From Candidatus Multivoradales bacterium (GTDB lineage: Bacteria > Acidobacteriota > Thermoanaerobaculia > Multivoradales > JAHEKO01), in contig CBDCVR010000013.1 of the NCBI GenBank assembly GCA_965223155.1, forward strand, positions 1,178,761 to 1,242,760: a stretch of 64,000 nucleotides of DNA, in the 5' to 3' direction. Position numbers and translations under genes: made by a program. The notes under the pieces are model-generated. The model ran no database searches. It worked only from the letters and a program-made list of their open reading frames with translations, and had not been told where the DNA came from. Below are positions 38,340 through 45,922 of the stretch, piece after piece (position 1 is the stretch's first letter; the number at the start of each line of letters is the position of its first letter).

Positions 38340-39722
38340 ATGCGCGTCTATTTTTCCAACCTGGGCTGCAAACTGAATCAAGCCGAGCTGGAGAGCTTGG
38401 CTCGTGCTTTCGTGGCCGCCGGCTATGGCGTCGCCGAGACCCTCGAGGAGGCCGACCTTCACGTCGTCAACACCTGCACGGTGACCGCGGCCGCCGCCCG
38501 CGACTCGCGCAAGACCGCCCGCCGCGGCAAGCGCGCGAATCCGGCGGTCCGGACGATCCTGACCGGCTGCTGGGTCTCGGAGCCCGAGCGGGCGGGCGCC
38601 GATGGCGCGCGCGCGGCCGTTCTCGAGACCGGAGCCGATCTCCTGGTGCCCAACGTCGACAAGGACCGCCTGATCGAGCTGGCTCTGGCGGAATTTCCGG
38701 TCGCCTCGTCGCCCAAGGCCCGGGACTCCCGCATTCCAGAGGTTGCCCAAGTTCCCGAAATTCCGGGACTTCCGGACGTTCCCTACGTACCGCTCCGCTT
38801 CGGCAACTCCCGCGCACTTCTGAAGATCGAGGACGGCTGCAACATGCGGTGCTCATTCTGCGTCATCCCGGCGACCCGCGGCCGTCAGCGCAGCCGGCCG
38901 GCCGGCGAACTGGTGGCCGAGCTCCGCGCTCTGGTGGCCGGCGGCTATCGGGAGGTCGTCGTGACCGGGGTCCAGATCTCGGCCTACCGCTGGCGTGGTC
39001 AGGGCCTCTTCGAGCTCGTGCGACGCTTCCTGGACGAGACCGACGTGGAGCGGCTACGGCTCACCTCGATCGCCCCCTGGCAGTTCGACCGGCGCCTGTT
39101 CGCACTCTTCGCCTCCGGCCGCGTGTGCCGGCACGTACACCTCTCGCTCCAGAGCGGAGCGGCATCGACCTTGGAGCGTATGCGGCGGCCCTACGATCCG
39201 ACCGCCTTCGCCAACTTGGTCGGGGAAATTCGGGCGGCGGTGCCGCGAGCGGCCATCACCACCGACGTCATCGTCGGCTTTCCTGGAGAATCGGGAGCTG
39301 AGTTCCAGCGCTCGGCCGAGTTCGTGCGCTCGATGGCATTCGCCCGGGTTCACGCCTTTCCGTTTTCGCCGCGCTCCGGTACCGAGGCGGCGACCCTGCC
39401 GTATTCGGTCGACTCGACAACCAAGAAGGAGCGCATGAAGGTCCTTCTCGCGATCGCCCGCCGATCCGAAAAGGACTTCATCGACTCTCAGCTCGGCCAG
39501 CCCGTGGGCGTCCTCTGGGAGACTGAGCAAGGCGGCGTCTGGCGCGGCACCTCGGACAACTACCTCCGGGTCGGCCTGCCGGACTCCGCGGACCTCGCCC
39601 GCCGCCTGGAGACGGTGGTGCCGGTCGCCCGGACGGGCATCAGCGCTCGAGCCCTGCGCCCGGCCGGAACGGTCGGACCGATCGATCGGGGCCTCCGGCC
39701 GACAGCGGGAGCCGCCGCGTGA
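38340..39722 (+). CDS. mtaB: tRNA methylthiotransferase, MtaB-like radical SAM enzyme
   Basis: LGCKLNQAE, NTCTVT, GCNMRCSFC (CxxxCxxC), H.SLQSG, TDVIVGFPGE, FS.R.GT.AA. Confidence 0.85.
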   Translation: MRVYFSNLGCKLNQAELESLARAFVAAGYGVAETLEEADLHVVNTCTVTAAAARDSRKTARRGKRANPAVRTILTGCWVSEPERAGADGARAAVLETGADLLVPNVDKDRLIELALAEFPVASSPKARDSRIPEVAQVPEIPGLPDVPYVPLRFGNSRALLKIEDGCNMRCSFCVIPATRGRQRSRPAGELVAELRALVAGGYREVVVTGVQISAYRWRGQGLFELVRRFLDETDVERLRLTSIAPWQFDRRLFALFASGRVCRHVHLSLQSGAASTLERMRRPYDPTAFANLVGEIRAAVPRAAITTDVIVGFPGESGAEFQRSAEFVRSMAFARVHAFPFSPRSGTEAATLPYSVDSTTKKERMKVLLAIARRSEKDFIDSQLGQPVGVLWETEQGGVWRGTSDNYLRVGLPDSADLARRLETVVPVARTGISARALRPAGTVGPIDRGLRPTAGAAA

Positions 39723-41254
39723 GTCCAGCACGGCCGAGGAGGCGCAGACCGTCTCGCCGACGTCGCGGTGGCCGGCGGCGGCCCCCGGCCAAGGACGCCT
39801 CGAAGCAGCGAGGCGCGGCTCCCCGTCTGCTGAGCGTCGATCAGATCGCCGAGCGGCTCGAGGCGGCGCTGGCCCGATCACCGGCGGACGAGACCGAGCT
39901 TGTCTGGCTCGAGCTCACCCGCGGTTCCGGCGGCCGGCGGCGTGGATCGGCCGCCGCCGACCTGGTTCTGGAACGGACCCTCCTCGTCCGCGTCCTGGAC
40001 CTGGGACGGGTCGGCAGCTTCCGCACCAGCGTGACCGAGCCCGGAGAGATTCTGGACGCCATCCGCTTCGCGATGGCGCAGTCGCGAGTCCGCGAGCCCC
40101 TGTCCGGGCTGCCGCACCTTCCGCTGGATGGGCCGCTGGATGGGCCGCCAGATGGCTCGTCGAACGAGCCCACAATCGGTCCTGCTAGTGGCTCCGTCGC
40201 TGGGGCGCCTGCGGGGCGGCGAGCCGGAGACGAGAAGGGCACACCGGAGGCGACGCCGATCCTCTTCGACCGAAAGCTGGCGGCGATGAGCGCCGGAGAC
40301 ATGGCGGGCTGGCTCGAGCGCTTGCCCAATCCCAAGCCCGGCGTGGACCTTCGCGTCCGCTGGACTCGCGCCAACGTCGTGGTCTCCTCGAGCCGGGGCA
40401 TCCGGCGGCAAGCCGAGACCACCGCGCTCGGATTGAGGGCACAGAGCGGCCGGGAACCGGGCAGGAGCCGCGCCGTCGATGCCGTCCGCCACCTGGATAG
40501 GCTGGATCCGGGGGCGCTCATCGAACGCGCGATCGAGCTGGCTACCGAGACCGTCGCCGACTTGCCCAAGGGTCCGGTGCCGGTGGTGCTCTCCCCCGAG
40601 GCCACGGTCCAGCTCGTCTCCTTGCTGAGCGACACCGCTTTTTCGGCCAAGTCCTACTACGACGGCACTTCCTTCCTGCGCGAGCACATCAACGTCCAGG
40701 TGTTCGACCGGCGCTTCCATCTTCGCGATGACGGGACCGATCTGGACGGCCTGCCCTTTCCCTTCGACCTGGAGGGCACCTTCAAGCACTCGGTCGACCT
40801 GATCCGGAACGGCGCGCCCAAGACTCCGACGCTGGACCAGCGGCAAGCCGCCGTCCTCGGGCTCCCCCCCACGGCTCACGCGATCGGAGGCAACAACGCC
40901 CGCGCCGAGAATCTGGTTCTGGAGCCCGGTGAGTTCAACTTCGAGGAACTGCTGGGCCTCGCCGAGGGCGGCCTCTGGATCGGCTGGTTCGACGCCCTCG
41001 AAGGCCTGGACCCGCGGCGCGTCGCCTTCCACGCGCGGGCCCGCGGCGTCCGGCGCATCCAGGACGGCAAGCTGGGGCCGGCGACGCCTTCCTTCGTCTG
41101 GCGCGACGGCCTGCTGCGGGCCTTCTCAGCCATCGCCGGGGTCGGCGATACGGCCACCCGGGTGCTCGGGGCCGACGGCTACCTGGGGGGCATCAGCGCT
41201 CCGGCGCTGGTGGTCTCAGGAGTCACGCCGTGGGTCGAGGGCGGCGGCTCCTAG
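39719..41254 (+). CDS. TldD/PmbA-family protein (PmbA/TldE-like, no HExxH)
   Basis: VVLSPEA, DDG......PFD.EG, TAHA, ARG...IQDGKL, APAL C-terminal motifs. Confidence 0.75.
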   Translation: MSPARPRRRRPSRRRRGGRRRPPAKDASKQRGAAPRLLSVDQIAERLEAALARSPADETELVWLELTRGSGGRRRGSAAADLVLERTLLVRVLDLGRVGSFRTSVTEPGEILDAIRFAMAQSRVREPLSGLPHLPLDGPLDGPPDGSSNEPTIGPASGSVAGAPAGRRAGDEKGTPEATPILFDRKLAAMSAGDMAGWLERLPNPKPGVDLRVRWTRANVVVSSSRGIRRQAETTALGLRAQSGREPGRSRAVDAVRHLDRLDPGALIERAIELATETVADLPKGPVPVVLSPEATVQLVSLLSDTAFSAKSYYDGTSFLREHINVQVFDRRFHLRDDGTDLDGLPFPFDLEGTFKHSVDLIRNGAPKTPTLDQRQAAVLGLPPTAHAIGGNNARAENLVLEPGEFNFEELLGLAEGGLWIGWFDALEGLDPRRVAFHARARGVRRIQDGKLGPATPSFVWRDGLLRAFSAIAGVGDTATRVLGADGYLGGISAPALVVSGVTPWVEGGGS

Positions 41255-41300
41255 CGCCACCCGTCTGGCTCGTGACTCGAACCCTGGTGAGACGAGCGGG

Positions 41301-42851
41301 CTAGCGCCGCGCGACCAGGATCAAGGTCTGGTCGTCGCCAAGCGCATCCGAGCCCGCGAACGAGCGCGTATCGCGGCGCACCCGGCCGGCGAGTCCCTCC
41401 ATGGAGTCGGCCGCGGCCGCACCCTCGATCAAGGTCTCCAACCGGCCCAGGCCGAACTCCTCGCCCGTGGCGGCGGCCGCCTCGGTAATGCCGTCGCTGT
41501 AGAGGCACATGACGTCGCCGGCCTCGAGCCCGAAGGCGTGCCCGCGGTAGTCGGCGTCTTCGAACAGGCCCAAGGGCAAACCGGTGGAGTCGTAGCGGAC
41601 GGTGCCGGCAGCGGTTCGCACCAGGATGGGATTGTGCCCTGCGCTTACCAGGTCGACTCCGCCGGACTCCGGATCCAGCTCGGCCGCGACCAGGGTGATG
41701 AAGGTGTTGGATCCGGTCAGCCGACCGATGTGGCGGTTGAGAGCACGAATCAGATCCAGTCCACCCACGCCGTGGCCAATCAGCAGGCGGAGCGCGGAGT
41801 CGAGCGTGGAGACCAGCAGAGCGGCCGGCATGCCCTTGCCGGTTACGTCGCCCAGGACCACCAGCATCCGACCCGAGTCGAGCTCGAAGTAGTTGTAGTA
41901 GTCGCCGCCGACGGCCCGGGCGGCCTCATTCCAGCCCACGATCTCGAAGCCGGCCAGGTCGGGGGCCATCCCAGGCAGCAGCTCCTGCTGGATCGTGGCG
42001 GCCAACTCGCCCTCGCGCTCCAGGCGCTCCTTCTCCAGCGCCTGCTGGTACAGATAGGCGTTTTCGAGCGCGATCGCGGCCTGATTGGCGAACATCGCCA
42101 GGGTCCGGCGGTCGGCCTCTTCAAAAGGACCGACCCCCTCGCGGCTTTCCTTGTCGGCCACGACCAGCAGCCCGCGCGTCGTCTCACTGCTGCCCACCGG
42201 AACCGCCATCAGATACTCGGCTCCGGGAAGCAGATCCAGTTCGCCTTCCACTTGGGTCACGGCCCGCCGGGCCAGATCGGGCTCGACCGCCGGCAACGCG
42301 TCCCCACCCAGCGTCTTGTCCAGCCGGAACCCGCCGCCGTCGGTGCGGTAGAACGCTCCGCGCCGGGCGTCCAGCAAGGCCACCGCCCGCATCAAGATCT
42401 CCTCGGCCAGCTCGTCCAGGTCTAGAGTCGAAGCGATCGCCAGACCGACGTCGTACAGGGCCTCGATCTCGACGCCCCGGTAGTTGCCCTCGAAACGCTC
42501 ACGTTTGAGCCGTTCTCCCAGCTCATAAGCGCGGGCCTCGGCCACCAGCAACGTCCGCAAGGCTGGATCCAGCAGTGCCGGATCCACTACGCCCTCGAAC
42601 TCCACCCGACCGCGGGCTTCCGGTAGCGGCAGCTCGACGGTCTCCCCGCCCTCGGCCCGGCCGTCGCCGAGCTCCGGCTCGGAGCAATCGCCCGTCAGGT
42701 CCCGAGAATAGCTGGCCCGCACCGCCCCCAGGGACCGTGCCGCCTCGCCCAGAATCAGCTTGAGACGTTCGCCGCCGGCTTGTGCCGAGCTTAGCCGCTC
42801 CCCCAGGACGGACCAGTCGATCGCCTCCCGTACGGGCGCAGGACTCGGCAC
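41301..42851 (-). CDS. GAF plus PP2C/SpoIIE phosphatase (RsbU-like)
   Basis: GAF ending ANQAAIALENA; AA.IQ..LLP, VGGDYY, GDVTGKGMPAAL, AGHNP, YSDGITE, DDQT. Confidence 0.93.
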   Translation of the reverse strand: MPSPAPVREAIDWSVLGERLSSAQAGGERLKLILGEAARSLGAVRASYSRDLTGDCSEPELGDGRAEGGETVELPLPEARGRVEFEGVVDPALLDPALRTLLVAEARAYELGERLKRERFEGNYRGVEIEALYDVGLAIASTLDLDELAEEILMRAVALLDARRGAFYRTDGGGFRLDKTLGGDALPAVEPDLARRAVTQVEGELDLLPGAEYLMAVPVGSSETTRGLLVVADKESREGVGPFEEADRRTLAMFANQAAIALENAYLYQQALEKERLEREGELAATIQQELLPGMAPDLAGFEIVGWNEAARAVGGDYYNYFELDSGRMLVVLGDVTGKGMPAALLVSTLDSALRLLIGHGVGGLDLIRALNRHIGRLTGSNTFITLVAAELDPESGGVDLVSAGHNPILVRTAAGTVRYDSTGLPLGLFEDADYRGHAFGLEAGDVMCLYSDGITEAAAATGEEFGLGRLETLIEGAAAADSMEGLAGRVRRDTRSFAGSDALGDDQTLILVARR

Positions 42852-42866
42852 GGCTCGGTTCCGGCG

Positions 42867-43235
42867 CTACTCGGCCGCTCCCGCCTGGTCGGTCAGGCCG
42901 CGCACGCCGCTGTCCTCGTCGGCGTAGATGGCGGCGTATTGCGTCAGGCCCATGATGTGAAACGTCTTTTCGATCGTCGGGGTGAGGTTGCAGAAACCCA
43001 GGCGCCCCTCGATCTCGAGCACCCGCTCGATGATCTCGATCAAGATGGAGATCCCGATGGAGTTCACGATCTTTGTACGCTCGAGGTTGAGCAGCAGCCG
43101 AGTCTCTCCGGCCTCCAGCAACTCGTACGCGAGACGCGCGATCTCTTCGCCGCCCTGATTGTTGATGTACCCCTCGGTGTGGATGACGGCCAGGCCGTCC
43201 CGGTTCTCCGAAGAGACTCTCAGCGTGTCGTTCAT
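42867..43235 (-). CDS. STAS anti-anti-sigma factor (RsbV-like)
   Basis: 122 aa; LLNL....VNSIGI carrying the phosphorylatable Ser; F.IMGL. Confidence 0.9.
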   Translation of the reverse strand: MNDTLRVSSENRDGLAVIHTEGYINNQGGEEIARLAYELLEAGETRLLLNLERTKIVNSIGISILIEIIERVLEIEGRLGFCNLTPTIEKTFHIMGLTQYAAIYADEDSGVRGLTDQAGAAE

Positions 43236-43684
43236 CTTCCTCCCCCGCCTTGACGATACTTCGACATCACGATCGTGGTACCCGCAGTGTCCGAGCGAAT
43301 GGCCACTTCGTCCATGAGACCCCGAATGATCTTCAAGCCCCAGCCGCGCTTGCTCTCGGCCCGGAGCTTCTCCTCGATCTTGGGCTCCTCGACGTCGGCC
43401 GGTTCGAAACCGACACCCGTGTCGCGCACCGTGATCTCCAGCTTCTCGGGCTCGCCCTCGCCCAGGATCGAGAAGGTCAAGTAGACACGGCTGTCCTCGG
43501 CCTGGCTGTGCTCGAACGAGTTGATACAGGCTTCCACCACCGCCATCCGGACCTCATCGACCCGATCCGGGCTCAGCTCCAGAAATTCCGCCATGGCTGT
43601 CGCCGTCTTGCTGGCGGCAATCTCCATATCGGGCACCATCGGGAGTGTCAGTGTAACCTCCCGCAAAACGGCGTTGTTCCTCAT
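43232..43684 (-). CDS. RsbW-like anti-sigma factor / Ser kinase (HATPase_c)
   Basis: AVVEACINSFEH, DTGVGF, RGWGL.II..LMDEV, GTTIVMSK. Confidence 0.92.
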   Translation of the reverse strand: MRNNAVLREVTLTLPMVPDMEIAASKTATAMAEFLELSPDRVDEVRMAVVEACINSFEHSQAEDSRVYLTFSILGEGEPEKLEITVRDTGVGFEPADVEEPKIEEKLRAESKRGWGLKIIRGLMDEVAIRSDTAGTTIVMSKYRQGGGGR

Positions 43685-43763
43685 GCGCCTAGATCACTCG
43701 GGCAAACAACTGTATCCGATTCTCCAAAGATGCCGTGGTCCGGGCAAGTGACCGGCTCGCGGA

Positions 43764-43922
43764 CTACAGGGACAGGTAGAGCTCGAGCAGGTAGATGGCG
43801 ACGGGCTGGACGTAGCCGTGAGCCAGGAGCCACAGGAAGGTCCCGGCAGTCGCGGCCGCCACGAGCTTCTCGATCGAGACGGGTGAGACGGCGGGCAGGG
43901 CCTTGCGAAGTGCTGCGAGCAT
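43764..43922 (-). CDS. 52-aa hydrophobic micro-protein under a sigma54 promoter
   Basis: RBS AGGAGGT; MLAALRKALPAVSPVSIEKLVAAATAGTFLWLLAHGYVQPVAIYLLELYLSL; GC3-rich codons. Confidence 0.75.
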   Translation of the reverse strand: MLAALRKALPAVSPVSIEKLVAAATAGTFLWLLAHGYVQPVAIYLLELYLSL

Positions 43923-43951
43923 CGGTACCTCCTGGATGGGAGGCATGGAGA

Positions 43952-43966
43952 GCAACCTCGCTGCCA
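43952..43966 (-). promoter_or_regulatory. Sigma54 (-24/-12) promoter
   Basis: Minus strand TGGCAGCGAGGTTGC = GG-N10-GC with TGGCA and TTGC, 30 nt upstream of the ATG. Confidence 0.8.
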
Positions 43967-43995
43967 GTTCGACCCGGAGCAGCTCGCGATAGCCG

Positions 43996-44183
43996 TAACT
44001 CACTGAAAAATCGCGACTTACGACCAATCCCCCAGGAGTGGACCGCGATTGGGGATCCGCTCATACCGGACAAAACGCCGCACTCGCCCGGTTTTCGAAC
44101 AGCACAACCTTGAAAGCAGCGACAAATTACACCGCCCAGCAGCCTGGTGGACTAGTTTGCCGCACCTGCGACAAAAAGACCCA
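43996..44183. promoter_or_regulatory. IHF-like site and candidate bEBP enhancer (UAS) sites
   Basis: TAACTCACTGAAAAATCGCGACTTA 43996-44020; 17-mers resembling TGCGGCA-N3-TGCCGCA at 44066-44082, 44148-44164 and 44167-44183. Confidence 0.5.
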
Positions 44184-44185
44184 GA

Positions 44186-45778
44186 TCAGAATCCCTTGCG
44201 CTGCAGAGTGCGGCGGTCCACGCCCAGGATCTTCGCAGCGCGGCTCTTGTTGCCGCCCGTCAGCCGCAGCACCCGGCCGATGTGCTGGCGCTCGACCGCG
44301 GCCAGGTCCAGAGCCCGGGGACCGCCGCCGTCGCCGTCTTCACCCTCGCCCAGCAAGGAACGCACGGTCTCGACCCCGACGTCGCCTCCAGACAGAGAGA
44401 CGGCAGCCTCGACCAGGTTCTGGAGCTCCCGCACATTGCCTGGAAACTCGTGCTGGAGCATCAAGGCGACCGCCTCGGGCTCGATGCGAACCTGAGCGAT
44501 TCCTTCCTGCCGGCAGAAGGCTTCGGCGAAGTGCCGCACCAGGTGCGGAATGTCCTCGCGGCGGCTGCGAAGCGGCGGCAAGCGAACCTCGACGCCCTTG
44601 AGCCGGTAGTAGAGATCCTCACGAAAGGTCCCCTGCCGCACCATCCTCTCCAGATCGCGATGGGTGGCGGCCACCAGGCGGGCGTCGACCGGGATCGGCT
44701 CGCGGCCGCCGACCCGGGTGATCTCTCGTTCCTGCAGGGCTCGCAGGAGCTTGACTTGGACCTCCGGACGCACATCGCCGATCTCGTCCAGAAATAGCGT
44801 GCCCTGATGGGCCAGCTCGAACTTGCCGGGACGGGCGGCGACTCCGGTCGCCACCCCCTCCTCGATGCCGAAGAGCTCACTCTCCAGCAGCGTTTCTGGC
44901 ACGGCCGAGCAGTCGACGGCCACGATCGGTCCCTCCCGGCCCGAGCGGCGATGCAGCAGCTTCGCCACCAACTCCTTGCCGGTGCCGCTCTCGCCGCGGA
45001 CGACGACGGTCACGCCCCGAGGCGCGACCCGCTCGACGATCTCGAGGGCGCGCCGCATGGCCGGCGCCTTGGCGATCAGGCCCCGGTCGTCGAGATCGGC
45101 CACTTGCTCGCGCAGCGCGCGATTCTCGGCCTCCAGCCGGCTCTTCTGATCGCGCAGGCTCTCGAGCTGGCGCGCGCCGTCGAGGGCCACGCCGGCGAGC
45201 GCCGCGACGGACTCCAAGAAACGCCGGTCCTCAGCCGAGAAGCTCCCGGCTTCCTGCGACCGGCTTTCCTTGTCGAGCAGCGCCAGATAGCCCAGAAAGA
45301 CCCCCCGGTAAGCGATCGGAGTCGCCAGGAGCGAAGCGTACTCGCGCCCCGCGAAGCTCCCCCCCTGGGTGGTCACCGTCTGGCCGCTGGCCAGGATCTC
45401 GTGCCACACCGGGTCCTCGAACAGGCTCTGCGGCTGGGGCCGCCGGGACTGCCAGCCCACGATCGAAGCCGCGCGCGGCTCGCCGAAGCCATTGCGGGTC
45501 GCGACGACCGCCGCCGCCGGATCTAGCACCGCGCACACCCGCTGCAAGACCTCCTCGACCAGTTCGGCCTCGGGCCGCCGGGCGTAGAGAGCCACGGCGA
45601 GATCGTGCAGGGTCTCGAGCTGCAGGATTCGCCGCTTCTCGGCAAGGCTGGAGGGTCTGGCTGCGTCCACGGGTTGGATTCCCGGCTCGTACTGGTCTGG
45701 CTGGCTATGGATCGGTGTCGTCGTTCCGCTCGGTCGTTCCGGTCGCCAAGCTTGGCTCGGAGACTCGCGCGGGCTCAC
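44186..45778 (-). CDS. GAF-domain sigma54-dependent transcriptional activator (bEBP)
   Basis: GAF; [21 protein letters not shown] (GAFTGA variant), [25 protein letters not shown], Fis HTH. Confidence 0.92.
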   Translation of the reverse strand: MSPRESPSQAWRPERPSGTTTPIHSQPDQYEPGIQPVDAARPSSLAEKRRILQLETLHDLAVALYARRPEAELVEEVLQRVCAVLDPAAAVVATRNGFGEPRAASIVGWQSRRPQPQSLFEDPVWHEILASGQTVTTQGGSFAGREYASLLATPIAYRGVFLGYLALLDKESRSQEAGSFSAEDRRFLESVAALAGVALDGARQLESLRDQKSRLEAENRALREQVADLDDRGLIAKAPAMRRALEIVERVAPRGVTVVVRGESGTGKELVAKLLHRRSGREGPIVAVDCSAVPETLLESELFGIEEGVATGVAARPGKFELAHQGTLFLDEIGDVRPEVQVKLLRALQEREITRVGGREPIPVDARLVAATHRDLERMVRQGTFREDLYYRLKGVEVRLPPLRSRREDIPHLVRHFAEAFCRQEGIAQVRIEPEAVALMLQHEFPGNVRELQNLVEAAVSLSGGDVGVETVRSLLGEGEDGDGGGPRALDLAAVERQHIGRVLRLTGGNKSRAAKILGVDRRTLQRKGF

Positions 45779-45922
45779 GGCACCTACAAGTCTCCAGCCT
45801 TCCGGGAGACCCGCGGCGCCACCGCCGCACCCTCGCTCTGCCGGAAGCCTCTCGGCGTTAGGAACTTACGCCATTCTACGGCAATCCCGCCGGCGGGAAA
45901 AGGTATCAGGCGCCGTCCCTGG

